DNA of 64,000 nucleotides from the human T2T-CHM13v2.0 reference genome, Homo sapiens: the NCBI RefSeq assembly GCF_009914755.1, contig NC_060928.1; one strand, 5' to 3'. Below, one piece after another: positions 1-14,230 of this stretch. Numbering within the stretch: position 1 is the first letter of the stretch; each line of letters starts with the position of its first letter. The translations under genes and the position numbers were made by a program. The notes under the pieces are model-generated. The model saw nothing but the letters and a program-made list of their open reading frames with translations, did no database searches and had not been told where the DNA came from.

Positions 1-582
<582 letters not shown>

Positions 583-595
583 GTTATACCTAAAG

Positions 596-928
596 CTGGG
601 GTCCCCAACCCCTAGGCAGCGGACCAGTACCCATGTGTGGCCTGTTAGGAACCTGGCCACAGCAGGAGGCGAGCAGCAGGTGAGTAAGGATTACCACCTG
701 AGCTCTGCCTCCTGTCAGATCAGCAGTGCCATTAGATTCTGATAGGAGCCAAACTCTATTGTGAACTACACATGTGAGGGATCTAGATTTTGCGCTCCTT
801 ATGAGAATCTAATGCCTGGTGATCTGAGGTAAAATAGTCTCATCCCGAAACCATCCCTCCCCAGCCCCCATGGAAAAATTGTCTTCCATGTAACTGGCCC
901 CTGGTGCCAAAAAGTTTGGGGACCACTT
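596..928 (+). mobile_element. MER1B (hAT-Charlie MITE), full length
   Basis: TIR-like ends ctggggtcccca / tggggaccactt; internal cctcctgtcagatcagc...gagggatctag; 8-bp TSD acctaaag (588-595) / atctaaag (929-936). Confidence 0.9.
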
Positions 929-954
929 ATCTAAAGAAATGATTAAATTCAGAT

Positions 955-1130
955 TCAATGCATTTGACAAGAATACTTCATAGGTGGTGATGTGTCTTCC
1001 TATCAGGAAACACATAATAAGTGATCATCACTCTTTGTGTGATGTTATAAGCCTGTAATGGTTTGATCCATTAATTCATTAGGAGTTGCAAAAGGGTGAC
1101 ATTCTAATTCTTTTTTTCTTTTTATATTAG
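955..1130 (-). mobile_element. Old L1 (L1MC-like) 3' UTR fragment
   Basis: gatccattaattcattaggagttgcaaaagggtgacattctaattc resembles antisense L1MC4-type 3' end. Confidence 0.5.
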
Positions 1131-2469
1131 CAAAAAATATATTTTATCTATTTATTTTTTTCCCAGCTATTTCCCAAATAACTTATGATGCTTTGCATAT
1201 TCAAGGAATACAAATAAGACATCCAGAGATAGAACCAGCTGAAATCATACTAGAAGCAATTAAACATGGTTTCAATAATTCTGTTCCTTTCTTAGATGGA
1301 CTTTTTTGTGCTCCAGAGATAATTGTGAAATGCCTATAGTCAAATGCTATCAAAAGGGACTGATTTAGTGTGTTCTACTAGGACACGAAGAGATTGACAA
1401 TTTTCTGGAATTTAACTAGAGACTTAAAATATTTATGTTTCTCCAGTGTAAAGAATATAGAAAATGTCTTTATAGGCCTGCTAAGTAGAAAGTTATCCTT
1501 AACATTTCCACTTGCAGTCAAAATATATACATGACATATGCCAAGTAGATTAAAAAAATTTAAGAATATCTTATATTCTTTAGTTGTAAAGTATTGCCCC
1601 TATCACTCTGGTAAAAACCTCAAAATACCCAGAATAAGAGTTGCACTTAATAGTACATTCTTGTTGTGTAAGGATTAACCAGCAAATTTTAGATATGTTT
1701 GTTTCTGTGTATTTATAATCCATTACATTTCAGAACTCATAGCTAAGTATCACCCGTAATAACTAGCGTATATTCTACATGATCTTATGGCAATCAGCCA
1801 ACACCAATGTATAAACATCAAAGAAATTTCCTCACCATAGGTATGTACTTAAACATAGAAATCCATATCTCCAGATCAATAGTGTATCCTGGCCCCTCTT
1901 GCTCTCTCCTTGAGATGTAAATTAGGAAATTCAAATGAAACAGAAAGAACTAAGCAACTAGTGGCTGGGCCTCCATACCAGCTGCTGAGCCTGGGGCAGC
2001 GGTTGGCATGACCTTTAGTGAGTCTTCCACTTAGCAATGTCCTGGCCAGGCTCTCTAATACTGATGGTCACTAGCTTGTCAGCCCTCTCGGGAACAATCC
2101 CTCAAAGCTTTCTAAACTGTGACTGCATTTTTCTGACATAATAAGCATAACTTATTGAACAGATTTAAATCTTTGATGAACTAACAGTGCTTCAGTCATT
2201 ATTCTGACATTAGTGGCAGTCTCATAGACAGTGAACTGTACAAGATCAGATGGATCCCATAGTGACCAGAGAAAATGCCCTTGAGTTTGTTTTTTGACTA
2301 GCCCTGTGGTACATATTCACTTTATTTTGATTTGTCTCTTTCAAAAGTGAGACATAGCCAAGGAAAACACCAAAATACCAACCAATGGGATGCTTTTAAA
2401 AGGAAAAACTAAGGATTTGAGGGGACTGAATCTACTCAGTAAGTAAAATATCACGAGGGAAATTATAGA

Positions 2470-2620
2470 ATTAGAAAACTAGAAGGAATAATTGAGATGA
2501 GCCAGTCATACACCCTTCATCTTATAGCTGAGGAAAATGAGGTCATATGGTGTGAAATGACTTACCCAAAGTCACGCAGCCAGTCAGCAACAGGACTAGG
2601 ACTCATGTCTTTGACTCTTC
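2470..2620 (-). mobile_element. MIR
   Basis: catcttatagctgaggaaaatgagg...tgacttacccaaagtcacgcagc core. Confidence 0.7.
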
Positions 2621-3249
2621 TGACTATGCAAATTGCTGAAGGTTAGTATTTTTGGTGTTTAGTTGCTTCCCTAAACACTAAATTCACTAATGAATGGTTA
2701 TTCTCCATATAAATTTATGGCACATGAGTAAAATCTCTGAAAAAAAGGAGGAAAATACATTCTACAAAACTGCTAAATTTGGTATTCACAGTAACATGAT
2801 GTCAAAATTTCATTGGAATACAACTTTTTATCTCATTATTCCCTCACAGTGATACAATAAGCCCTGGCAAAAACTGCTATTTTTGAAGTTGTATTCATTT
2901 TTCCATATCATCAGGATATACGGGTGCTCAGTGGATTTTAACAGTAATTTATTCACTGGTTGTCTGGACCATGGACCAAAAAAATTATACAGAGTTTTGC
3001 AAATGTCTCAAAGTCACTAGGCAGATCTGCCTGGCTTATAAATAAAACCCCGTAAATTTCCTTGGTGTTATTTAAAATTAAAGAAGTTCAAAAGTGATCT
3101 TCAAAAATGCAATACTTGAATTAAAATAATAGAAAATTATATTTAAAATCATGTTAATAATATTTTAGAAATGAATCTAAACCCTCTCCAGAGAACCCTT
3201 GACTAAAATATGGTCTTTTGTCTGACATTTGCTTCAAAATAAGAGAAAT

Positions 3250-3400
3250 GGGGGGAGTAAATTGGCAAATAGATGGGGCGCAACTGACCATGGGTTAATG
3301 GCTGTTGGGGCTGGATGAAGGATATTTTTTAAAATCGGAGTAATAGTATCTAATTTTATGTATGTTCAAAATTCTCCATAATAAAAGTTTTAAAATAAGA
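3250..3400 (+). mobile_element. L1MC/MD-like 3' end
   Basis: gaccatgggttaatggctgttggggctgg...tatgttcaaaattctccataataaaagtt followed by A-rich tail. Confidence 0.55.
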
Positions 3401-5186
3401 AAAAGAGAAAAATGAATCTGAACTCTGTTCATACTAAAGAAAGGCAAAATATTTTTAATTTAAAGCCATTTCTACCATCTTCAGTAAATCCCTTGTATGA
3501 GAGTTGAATTTGCTAATTAGACTGATGATACCTGCCTTCATCATGAGTTATAGGTAATTGGATGTTACAATGAACTACTAAGAGAGAAAGGACCCCTCAA
3601 AGTGCAGTCAACTAGATCATTATCTGAGGCAGAGCAAGCTAATTATCACCATAAATTTCAAACTAGAAGAACTGATCTAAACATCTAATGGACACTATTG
3701 AAGGGTCAAACCCCTTATGCTTAGTGAATTCACACTAAACAATCTTTTTAGTAAATTAAAATGGGCTTTGATATACGAAAAATATGCAGTATCAGAAAAT
3801 GTGTACAGAAAAATAAAAAACATGTAGAGACAGCCCTCACTGAGTTCTAGAGAATTTCTTATAAACCAAAGAATACAAAAGTCTAAATCCAAAGTTGGGA
3901 CAACCATTCTCAGGTGACTTAACCCTTTGACTCTCACTTTGGAAGACCTGGGAAGTTAGAATATTCTAGAACAACTCCCTGTAATGGAGCTATAGGAAAT
4001 TACTCATTTCTCCTCCTCTCTCCCAAGAGAGGCCCCTTTAGTCCTTGGGTGTCAGGGAGGAAAAATGTAAATGCATCTTGAAATGCTGAGGTGATACTCA
4101 TAGTGTGACATTTGACATATGAATAGTGAAGGGAAAAACATATTTTAGTGGGCCTAACAAATATTGATGATCTGTGTTTAGTCCCCAGTGACTGTTGAGA
4201 CACTATTTCCATGAGACAATATCTTTTGTGGTCCAAAAAACCGATTTACAATTAAACATATAGAATGCCACTTGTTTATAAATTGATGATATGGAAAGAT
4301 TTCAATGCCTAAATAAATTACAGTAATGAGATTATACAATTTTCTTAAATATTTATTATTGTGGGTAATCCTGACAGCATGTGGCCCTTTCAAGACGCTG
4401 ACACATAACGGCGTCCTTGTATTGGTCACTCATCGCTTAGTCATTGCCTTTGATTGTGCAGTGGTGTCATTTTTGTCTTCTTTAGTCCCCTGGCAAGAGA
4501 GTAAAGCTACAGTCTTACACACAGGCAGTGTGTTGTATAGCCAATAGAATCTTTCTTGGCAGCTTGCACACAGTGGAGAAGGGAGGCCATCATGTTGGGG
4601 AGCACTGAGCAGAGGGGCAGGAGCAAAGAGGCACACAGTAGAACTTGCCTCCTGGTTGAGATAGCACAATACTGCTTATATACTCATATTTGTTAGTCTG
4701 TGGCTTGCCACAACTTCTTCCTTTAATTTGCAAGAGATACAAGATGATGAATTATCAAAATCTCACCAGGCAAAAGAAAATTCTAAATTTTTTGTCATTT
4801 GGGCTCAGCATTCAAAGGCATTTCTTCAGATAAAAATGCTGTTTTTATTCATACATACAAGTGACTTACTAGTCTTCGATTATTGGCTTAATACATAAAA
4901 GTTTGTTGAATGAACACTGACCAGTCTCACTCAAGCCTAATTCAAAGCTTGACTGTCCACCACATTCTAGAAGGGAAAAACAATCCCCTAAATCCTTTAT
5001 GTTTTATAGGTGAGGCTTTTCAGGCTTCAGGAGTCTGCATGACCTACTCATATGTATCACCATTGTGGAGCTCCCTCCCAGGCCTACTCTGATTCCAACC
5101 CTGGAAAAAGAGTTTGCTTTTCATAGTCTGATCTTCATATCCTTGTTACTTACATGAAGAACAAAATAGAGGGGAACATATTTTGA

Positions 5187-5627
<441 letters not shown>

Positions 5628-6771
5628 TAAGATTTTATAAAACTACACTAGTTAATAAGAAGTGAGAATGAACCTCTGTGCACGGAGAAACTCCAATACG
5701 GAGTAATTCTGACATCTGTTACATTGGATAGCAGGAAGGAATCACAAATCCTACATGAACCCCTACTGCTACAGATCATGCAAAGAGACTTAATAATATT
5801 GCCTTTGATTGAAGACATGAAGAGAACGTTTGAAAAGTGAAAAATACAGAGCATACAGCATACTAAGATTCCACTTCAATGAATACTAGACTATACCTGT
5901 CAGAGATTCCAATAAAACCCTCATAATGTCTTAGATAGGGCAGAATGAAAGCAGAGGATATAAAATATATAAGTACATAACCCCGGAAAGGCAGCAAATG
6001 CTCTTATTTGACATAATAAGAACTGAGAGCTTGATGCATTTTGTCACAGACAGTAGGAAATATTTTATTCTGTGAATAAATTATCCGATTTGATTTTGTT
6101 TCCACTATTTGTTTTTAATTAGGCAGGAAACATTTCCAAATTTAAATAGCTAAGAAATATTTCCGAATCTTTAATAGGTAAGTTCCAAACGACTGTATAG
6201 TATTTCATCTGCAGCCAGTCACCTTTCCACTTCAAATCAGAAGCCAGGTGTTAAACTTTCTTGCTAGTTTGCTATTAACTTCTGGGGGAAAAAATCTGTT
6301 TGGTTCTTGTTGATATGACAGATATTTATCTTTCCTGTTGTTTTACATATATTATTTTCAATACACAAAATACTAGGCAAAGCCTTGCTGTAGAGAGCTC
6401 TTTTGTTGGAAAGAGCCCATTTCCAGGATTTTCATCTGACTTTACCCAGCAGGACCAGAGGGCAGAAGCCCATCTTTGGAGTGTTGGCTAGGATTACACG
6501 CTGCAGCTGTCAGCCAGCAGTAACTGCATAACAGACCTCTGGCATGTCAGTGACTTTTGTGTTCAAAAAAGGGCAATATTTGCAGTTTACAAAGCATTCT
6601 GGAAAGTGTAAAATCTAAAAATCTTACTAGTATCTCCCATCTAGATGAGGAGACAAGAATGTTACCCCAGGATTCATCAGTCACATACTCTCTATGCACA
6701 AACAACCGTGAATAATTCAGCTGCAACTAATGTTTTGCGTTTTTTCTATGCATTCTCTACTTCCTACCTAG

Positions 6772-6957
6772 AACACCTGAAGGATAAATTGGAAGAATAC
6801 ATGGCCCGATTTTCCAAAGTGAGGATTGTTCGCACCAAGAAAAGAGAAGGACTCATCCGGACCCGTCTCCTGGGGGCATCTATGGCCAGAGGAGAAGTCC
6901 TGACATTCCTGGACTCCCACTGCGAGGTCAATGTGAACTGGCTGCCCCCACTCCTCA
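6772..6957 (+). CDS. GALNTL6: Internal coding exon (186 nt, phase 1 to phase 1) of polypeptide N-acetylgalactosaminyltransferase; GT-A catalytic domain with DxH motif
   Basis: Pyrimidine-rich acceptor ttcctacctag| ending at 6771, branch-like ACTAAT at 6726-6731, donor CTCA|GTGAGT at 6958. Translates (G)AA-CAC: [62 protein letters not shown]. The REGLIRxR and LTFLDSHCE motifs (DSH at 6912-6920) are ppGalNAc-T hallmarks. Similar but not identical to recalled GALNT10, which fits its paralog GALNTL6. Confidence 0.95.
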
Positions 6958-7321
6958 GTGAGTACAGGTTGCTAAGCACCATCCTGGGATGCCTCAGGGG
7001 AACTGAGCGGTTTGCTTCTATTTAGTTTGCAATCAGCAAACACTAGAGGTCCCTTCTACAAGTTTTCCAGGGGAAGCCTTGAATTTTATATTTACCACTG
7101 CTGAAAACAGTTTACTAGGTAACTGTTTTAGGCAGTATTCTAGGTAATGCCATAAAATTGGCATTTTAAATAATATCAACTTCAATCTAACTTACAGTTT
7201 AAAAAAGGTTTCATTTATCTTAGATATCCTCCTTTAGTGTAGTCACATTCACTGGGTGAACACTAAAAGAAAAACGTGTCCCAAAACTCTTTTATAATCC
7301 TGTAGCTACAGCAAGATTAAA

Positions 7322-7323
<2 letters not shown>

Positions 7324-7364
<41 letters not shown>
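7324..7364. repeat. (CA)~20 microsatellite
   Basis: Pure AC run about 370 nt downstream of the first exon's donor. Confidence 0.98.
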
Positions 7365-7368
<4 letters not shown>

Positions 7369-9149
7369 ACAAGTATTACAGGATTGTTAAGAAAAGAGGA
7401 AGGAAAATTATTCATCCCCAGAATACAGTTAAAGTAGAAGCACCTTGACATTTTCTAGGATTTAAAATGCCGTTTCTTTTCTGTTATTCTCTCCACTTCT
7501 GGCACCATCCTATAGCCCTAAATATACAGTTCTTTGTATTTACATAGATTCCTTCTAACACAGTGCAGCTGTCCAGGTGCTATGTCTTAAATGCTCACAA
7601 TATGGCTAAGCTGAGGGAAAGAAGATTATGTCATAACACACTTGAACTGTTAGAAACACGAAAGAACTGAAAGTAATTTAAGCTAGAAAACATACATGTG
7701 GTTCAGTTCAAGCTTCATTACTTTTGTTTTAAAATGAAGTAAAATATAAAGTCCAGTTGTAGATAAGAAATAAATTGTCAGCTCGAAAACAAAAAAAACC
7801 CTCCTTTTAAAAAGTTCTTGGTGCACACAGTGTGTTCTCCTTTCCCACTTTGCTAAATCAACTTTTATTGTAAAAATATCCCTGGCCTTGGAACTAAAGT
7901 CACTAGCAACTGCCTTCACAATAGCTGTCTCAGAAAGAACAATTTGCTATTGACTACTGTGTAGGTTTTCAGCAAGAACCAGCAAAGCTCCCTTAGTAAA
8001 AGATGTGAGGCGGGGGGGCGGGGAAATCAATTGAAACTGTGTAGGATTTAAAACAGGAAATAACCAGCACCCAACACCCTCCACCACATTGCCCAGCCAC
8101 ATACGCCTGCACAGGTAACTGCCCAGTTATCCTAATCAACTGAATGTTTTGGTGCCCCTGCAGTCAGAGACTCCTCTGAGCCTTTAATTAAAAGTACCTT
8201 GTCCAAGGACACAGCAATTTAGAGCTTCATCAGCAACAGTGAGATTCCCTCAAACAGAATTTGACCTATATGGTGTTGAATACTCAAGGAAGTCAGCAAA
8301 AGGCCTAATTTATTTATGAACCAAAGCAAATCCCTAAATGCCAATTATTGAGTCTCTGATTGTTCACTATGAATCTAACTAAAAAGAAGAAGATAGAAAA
8401 AAAAAGAGTAAGAGAAACCCACAACCCACATTTTCTCATTAAAGTATTTCATTTCCTGTAGTCCTGATGGATAAGAAATGATTCAAGCTCAGGATCACTA
8501 TCTTTCTTATTTTCCTCTATCAGTGTCTTGACACATCATCCAAAGTGAAAAAACAGGCAGAGCCACACAGTTTCTTGGCTCATTTTTCACCTTGGGATTA
8601 TACCTGAATTTCAGTTTCCCATTAAGTCTGTTTGTTTGATCCCTGGAAATTGAAATGTAGGCACAAGCCTTGGATGAAAAATTAGTCATGCTGCTTTCAA
8701 CCTAAGCTAGGACAGCTGGATAAGAGTGAAAAGGAAATTTGAAGGAAAAGTTGACAGTTACTTTAACAGACACATTCTCTTTGGGTCACCTTGGGACTCC
8801 TTGATGGTCAAGGAACTTGTAAATCAACCTGATTCTGAATTTGATTGAAGAAAGTCACTGAAACCTTAATACTAAAATACCTGCAGGGATGAGAGAAAAA
8901 ATATTCTGGACCCAGCAACAATGGTCTCCTCTGTCAAAGACATCTCTGGGGAAATACCATTCAGTAAAATATTACTGAATAGAAATACCATTCAGTAAAA
9001 CCCATTATAAGGCTTGCCCTGGTAAAAAACAAATGCTTAGCCATCCCTTGGTGCAGATTAACTAGAAATGGTGCTGGGGGGTCTCTTCATCTGCTAATTA
9101 AACTAAAGTAAGACAAAGCCCACTTCTAGCTCTCTGTGGCTTACCAGGG

Positions 9150-9410
9150 CCATGCTCTAAAATCGCAACCCTTTCCACACTCCAGTATCCTGCATTCCCC
9201 TTCCCCTGTTTTATTTTTTCCAATCTCATTTATCACCTTTGAAACACTATATAATTTAGTTATTTATTATGCTTATTAATTGTCTTTGCTTCATTCCTGA
9301 AGACAGAAATTTTTGTGATGTTATTCATCATGGTATCCCCAGAACCCAGAACAAGTGACTAGCACGTAGTTTCTAATCAATAAATAATTGTTGAAATATG
9401 AAAAGAATGA
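9150..9410 (+). mobile_element. L2 3' end
   Basis: tatccccagaacccagaacaagtgactagcacgtag...tcaataaataattgttgaa. Confidence 0.7.
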
Positions 9411-9411
9411 C

Positions 9412-9498
9412 TGGATGGATAAATGGATGGATGGATGGATGGATGGATGGATGGATGGATGGATGAACAGACAGATGGAAGGATGGATGGATGGATGG
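9412..9498. repeat. (TGGA)n tetranucleotide repeat at the L2 tail
   Basis: Direct reading. Confidence 0.95.
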
Positions 9499-10094
9499 AA
9501 AGGCATATAGACCGAGAGGGGAAAGTTTTCACAAAATTCTGTGGTTTCCATCCCCTGCTTCATCAGTGTCATCGAAATAAAGCCACTTCTTATTATAACC
9601 AGTAAAACCTTATACTTTTTATCCCATGCTTAAGAGAAACTTCTGAAGCAAACGGACAGTTTCCTTACTGCAAGAACTTTATCCCCAACACAAATTACAT
9701 TTACTCCACAATCTCTGGGGAAACAAAATATGTTATGGAAATAACCAAACTTCGTAACTGTGCTAAATGATATCTGTTGTTTATTTGTTTATTGTCACAT
9801 CTAAAGGTCTTCCGAATAACAAGAAGTTCTGCCCATTAGACAGCATTGGTCTCTTACAATAAATATTAACTAAATTCACATTCTTGGAAAGAAAGATACC
9901 TCACAGATAGCTATTCTAGCTAAACCAAAGGATGCAAATGCCAGTGCCCTTTGCCAGCTGTTAATGTCATCACAATAACCTTAGCCACACAGGAAAGGAA
10001 GGTGTTGGAACTGAAAAAAAAAAAAAATCACCTCTCTGCTACCATGAGAAGCACAATGGAACACTCGAAAGGTCAGGTTTAAAATTGGATTGTT

Positions 10095-10300
10095 AAGCAG
10101 AGGTTGCATCTTGGTTGTTGCTCCCAAAAGCTGCATAACCCTTAACAAGTTATTTAATTTCCCTAATCTTACCTTTCTCGTACATAAATTGGGGATGACA
10201 ATAATAGTTACCCTACAGGGTTGCTAAGAGTATTAGGAATAGCATGAGAATAAATCACTTTATAGTTGTTCAAGAATTTAAGAGTAGCAGAAGTAATCGC
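10095..10300 (+). mobile_element. MIR
   Basis: cttaacaagttatttaatttccct...taaattggggatgacaataatagttaccctacagggttg. Confidence 0.65.
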
Positions 10301-10944
10301 AGTAGTATAATATCACCTAATACTTTTTCGAATATGATGAGGGAAGAAAATGTATAGCTTTGATCAACAGAGTTTAGCTTCAAGAACAGTGGCAAAATAG
10401 GACTTGGAAAAATCTCTGGCAAACCTGAGAGCAAAGAATTCTATGTATGATCTGTCAGCATTTATAGGGGAGCAGCCACCATGATTGTTATGAAATTAGA
10501 TGCTACAAAAACCATGAAGTTAAATATTTACTTTTTGGAACCTCCAGAAAGCAGGCCAGTATTTTCTCAGCAGGCTCCAGCAGTATGCTTGAAAGAACAC
10601 AATAACTGTTTATACTCTGCACATGTTCGATTCACGATAAAATGACAGACTGGGGACAGGTCAGGGCAAAAATGTGACAGAGGTAGAGCTAAATGGACTT
10701 CTGCAAGTCTCTCTGGGACATAACTTTCTTAAAGGAAAATACAACAACTCTAATTGGACCTAATCGCTGTCCCATCACATTAAGTCCAGAATTCAGAGAT
10801 TCCTGAAAAGGGCTCTAAGGAGGACAGGGAGCCACGGCTGCAAGCATTATGCATTAGTGGAGGACTGTAGGCTTCTCTTTGCTGAAAAATGATAGATGAC
10901 CTAGGCAGGCATGTCATTTCCTATTTTGTGCTTTCATTTTTCAG

Positions 10945-11128
10945 ACCAAATTGCACTAAACCACAAAACCATCGTGTGTCCCATGATCGATGTCATTGAC
11001 CACAATCACTTCGGGTATGAGGCACAAGCTGGGGATGCCATGCGAGGAGCCTTCGACTGGGAAATGTACTACAAAAGAATCCCCATCCCTCCAGAGCTCC
11101 AGAGGGCAGATCCCAGCGACCCTTTTGA
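10945..11128 (+). CDS. GALNTL6: Next internal coding exon (184 nt, phase 1 to phase 2) of the same gene
   Basis: Acceptor ctttcatttttcag| ending at 10944; donor TTTGA|GTGAGT at 11129. Joins the previous exon in frame (A+AC = Asn): [62 protein letters not shown]. Contains the CPxIDVI and GxFDW motifs. Confidence 0.95.
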
Positions 11129-12569
11129 GTGAGTAGCAGCCAAGGGAGGGGCCGAGGGGGTGAGGGCAGGTAACTCATTGCAGTGTTAAACCTGGGCTCA
11201 AGAAGACAATTATCTCTAACAAAATGGAATAAAACAGGCGGCAACAATATGCAAAACATCACAGAAAGGTCAGACCTACACCCTGTAGAAAATTACAAGC
11301 TGTATCGAATTCATGGAACACCCCTTCTTAAACTTTGCTAAGCATGAAACTGTACAGATGAAAGAACCAGGAAAATGCATAAACAGAAAATACATAGAAA
11401 AGGAAGGCATGTTCCCTTCTTAGATGCTTTCTTATTTTCAGTTGTTTCTGTTCTTTTGACTTTTCCCTAAAGGATTACTGAAAACAACTATTTTGTTTTT
11501 CTTTTATTAGAAATTGATATAAAATATGAACCAGTGTTTAAGCCTACTTTCTATACCCTGTTGAAATTGTGTACCTATAACGGAAGCGTGCTCCTAAGCA
11601 GGTGTTCCCACAACTGAAACATGGGGAATTCAATCAAAGTGATATACCCAGAGTCAATTATCTTTGATAATCCTGCCCCTAATTTAAGTACATCCTGTAC
11701 AGAGAAGAATGTACAGCAATGATCTAATGATTAATTTCTACCAAACGACATCCTGTTTTTTCAGTGTGGACATAAGAAGTATGCATTTAAAGAAAAAGAA
11801 AAAATATGTATAGTTTAGTTTGACAGACTATCAAGACCTTTCATAGTGAATGGTAAACTTTTTCCAACAGTTAGCCCAGAGATTATCCAAGGTATACTAT
11901 ATATCTATTCCTTATACTGCACCCTTTGATATCATTAAAATTGTTATTTTAAAACTATTATATATGTTTTTCTTAGTACAAGAAAAATGTCTGTGATCAA
12001 GGCTTTGCACACTCTGAGTCCATTTAAAATGCATTAAAAATATCGTCTTTTCATCAATAATATGGGCCATAAAAGTTTGCAGTAAAGAAGCTACTGAGTA
12101 CGAAAACCACTTCCTTGACACTAACAGTTTAAATTACAATCAACATTTCATAATGATCAGGAAAATATTTCCTACACTTCTAGTCTTTAGAAAAATGAAC
12201 TCCTGGGGAAGCAAAGGGAATTTCAGAAGACGTTAGCCTGATACCACGCGAGAGAAGTCGTTTCTTTTGTAAAATGAAGCGCTCTCATTAAATATCCAGA
12301 GCTTCTGGAGTTCAGCCTCTTTTGACGTGATACTTACTGGAGAGTTTTTGAAAAGAAATAATAAAGGACCTTTGTTACTTCCTCAAATGCTTTGGCCAAA
12401 ATTTCATGGGTATTCAAAACTACTAGAAAATCTTTTTAGTAATCTAAGCAAAGTGTTTCTAATAAGCATTTGAAGTGAGCTTAGCTGAGAGATGTTCTTC
12501 AGACTTCTCTGAAGGCAACCATCTGAAAGTCTTGACAGAGGGGCTTAAGGTGGGACGAGTGACAAGGTT

Positions 12570-12695
12570 GTGAGGTGATGCATATGTTAATTAGCTTGAT
12601 TTAGCCATTCGACAATATGTACGTATTTCAAAACATCATGTTGTACATCATAAATATATACAACTTTTATATGTCAGTTTAAAATATAGATGAGA
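12570..12695 (+). mobile_element. L1MA 3' end
   Basis: tgaggtgatgcatatgttaattagcttgatttagccattc...aaaacatcatgttgtac. Confidence 0.8.
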
Positions 12696-14230
12696 AAAGA
12701 AAATAAATTTAAAACGTTTTAAATGTAAAAATTTTTAAAACATGCGTGTGGAGAGGAGTACAAAAGGGCCTTAACCGTGGTAGAACTGTTATTAGGTGCT
12801 GGCCCACAGCAGAAGAGCCACAGTTCGGCCGCTATGATGTGAAAGTACACATTTTAAGGGCTAGAACTCACCCAGGCTGGCTTTCCAAATACCGTGATAG
12901 TGACTGGTTATAATGACCTTTACTTTATTTGCACTGTGATAGCAGAGTAGGGGTCCTGCTTCCTGAAACAGTAGGATCAAAATGCCGTCAGAGGAATCTG
13001 CAGTGGAGACAGTTATAAAAGTATTCTCAGTGCCTGCACTGACAGTCAACATTTTTGTCAGGCTGACTCTGACTATGGCTATTACAATATCAAGCACCTT
13101 GCTTAACCACAGAGCTGGCAGAATTGGTAACTTTCAGAACTAGGTTACCTCTTGTTTCTGTCCCCTACGTAGGTGGTTGTTGAACTGTCAAAATTTGCAT
13201 TCATCTATTGCATATTACTATCTTTCTGCCTTAAGTCTTATTGATTCCTAGGAATGTGGACACTTTAGCCTCTTGTAATAAATGTAACTTGCAGGAGGTG
13301 TCCACTTTGATCTTATAAACCGTGTTTGCCTTCCTGATAATAAAAGAATGGTTACCCAAGCAGCTCTGAGCAGCGTATCGGCAATTTCATTATCACGGCA
13401 GTCACCTGAATGTGCTCATAAACAGACAAGCTTTAGGCTAAAACTTGCTTCTCTAGCTGTAAAGCTTTAAGGTACACAGAACGAAGGCAGTCTATCTATA
13501 CAGCTTTCTTATAGTCTTCCACATTTCAAGAGGCTGCCGCCAAAGTGTATGGTTTTCTGTGGGAAGACAGGGAGAGGAGGCTGAAAGGCTAGGAAGAAGG
13601 GAAACAAAGAAGAATGTGCAAACGTATCTCAAACCCCAGTATTTTTCATACAATAAGGATGCAAAAATTATCTTTCTGTAGCAAGTTTATCAAATGTCTT
13701 AAGTGACAAGATTTGAATTATCTAATTTATTCTGCCATTACTTGAATTTTCAGTGACTATTATAGCAGTGATTATAGCAGTGTTTTCCAACCTGAAAATT
13801 CTGTGAAATTAGTGGGGCATTAACAGTATTTAATTATTAATTAATTGGATTGAATTCAATTGAAAATTTTAGAATGTTATACTAATGGGTAGGTATAAGT
13901 GTCATTTCTCAAATATTCAATTTCAGTTATAAGGCATATATGAACCTGATGTGGTATAAACTGTATTTCTTCACATAGACTACACAGTCAAAGTGGTCAT
14001 CATGTACCAACTTTCTAAACTAGGAATCAAGGCCTTCAACAATCTGACTAGAAAAGGAAAACTCATGGATAACTTTGAGCATTAAGAAAATATTTACTGA
14101 TATTTACAAAGGGATCCTGTTTTTCAACAAACTGCTACTAGAATATAAGAGAAAAGGCAGCATTCATGATTCAAATTATTATATGGTGGTCATAATTCCT
14201 GTTGGATTGGATACATTTAAGAAATATTTT

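Noticed and set aside
6645-7025. 126-aa ORF as a standalone gene
   Set aside because: It is the 186-nt exon plus in-frame intronic flanks; homology starts and ends at the splice sites.
9423-9605. MDGW-repeat ORF (likewise the VC- and KKER-repeat ORFs at 21.8, 22.5 and 58.7 kb)
   Set aside because: Translations of microsatellites.
10911-11132. 73-aa ORF starting [11 protein letters not shown]
   Set aside because: The N-terminus is the translated polypyrimidine tract of the acceptor.
12707-12724. 18-bp perfect palindrome atttaaaacgttttaaat
   Set aside because: Low-complexity AT sequence at an L1 tail; no other support.
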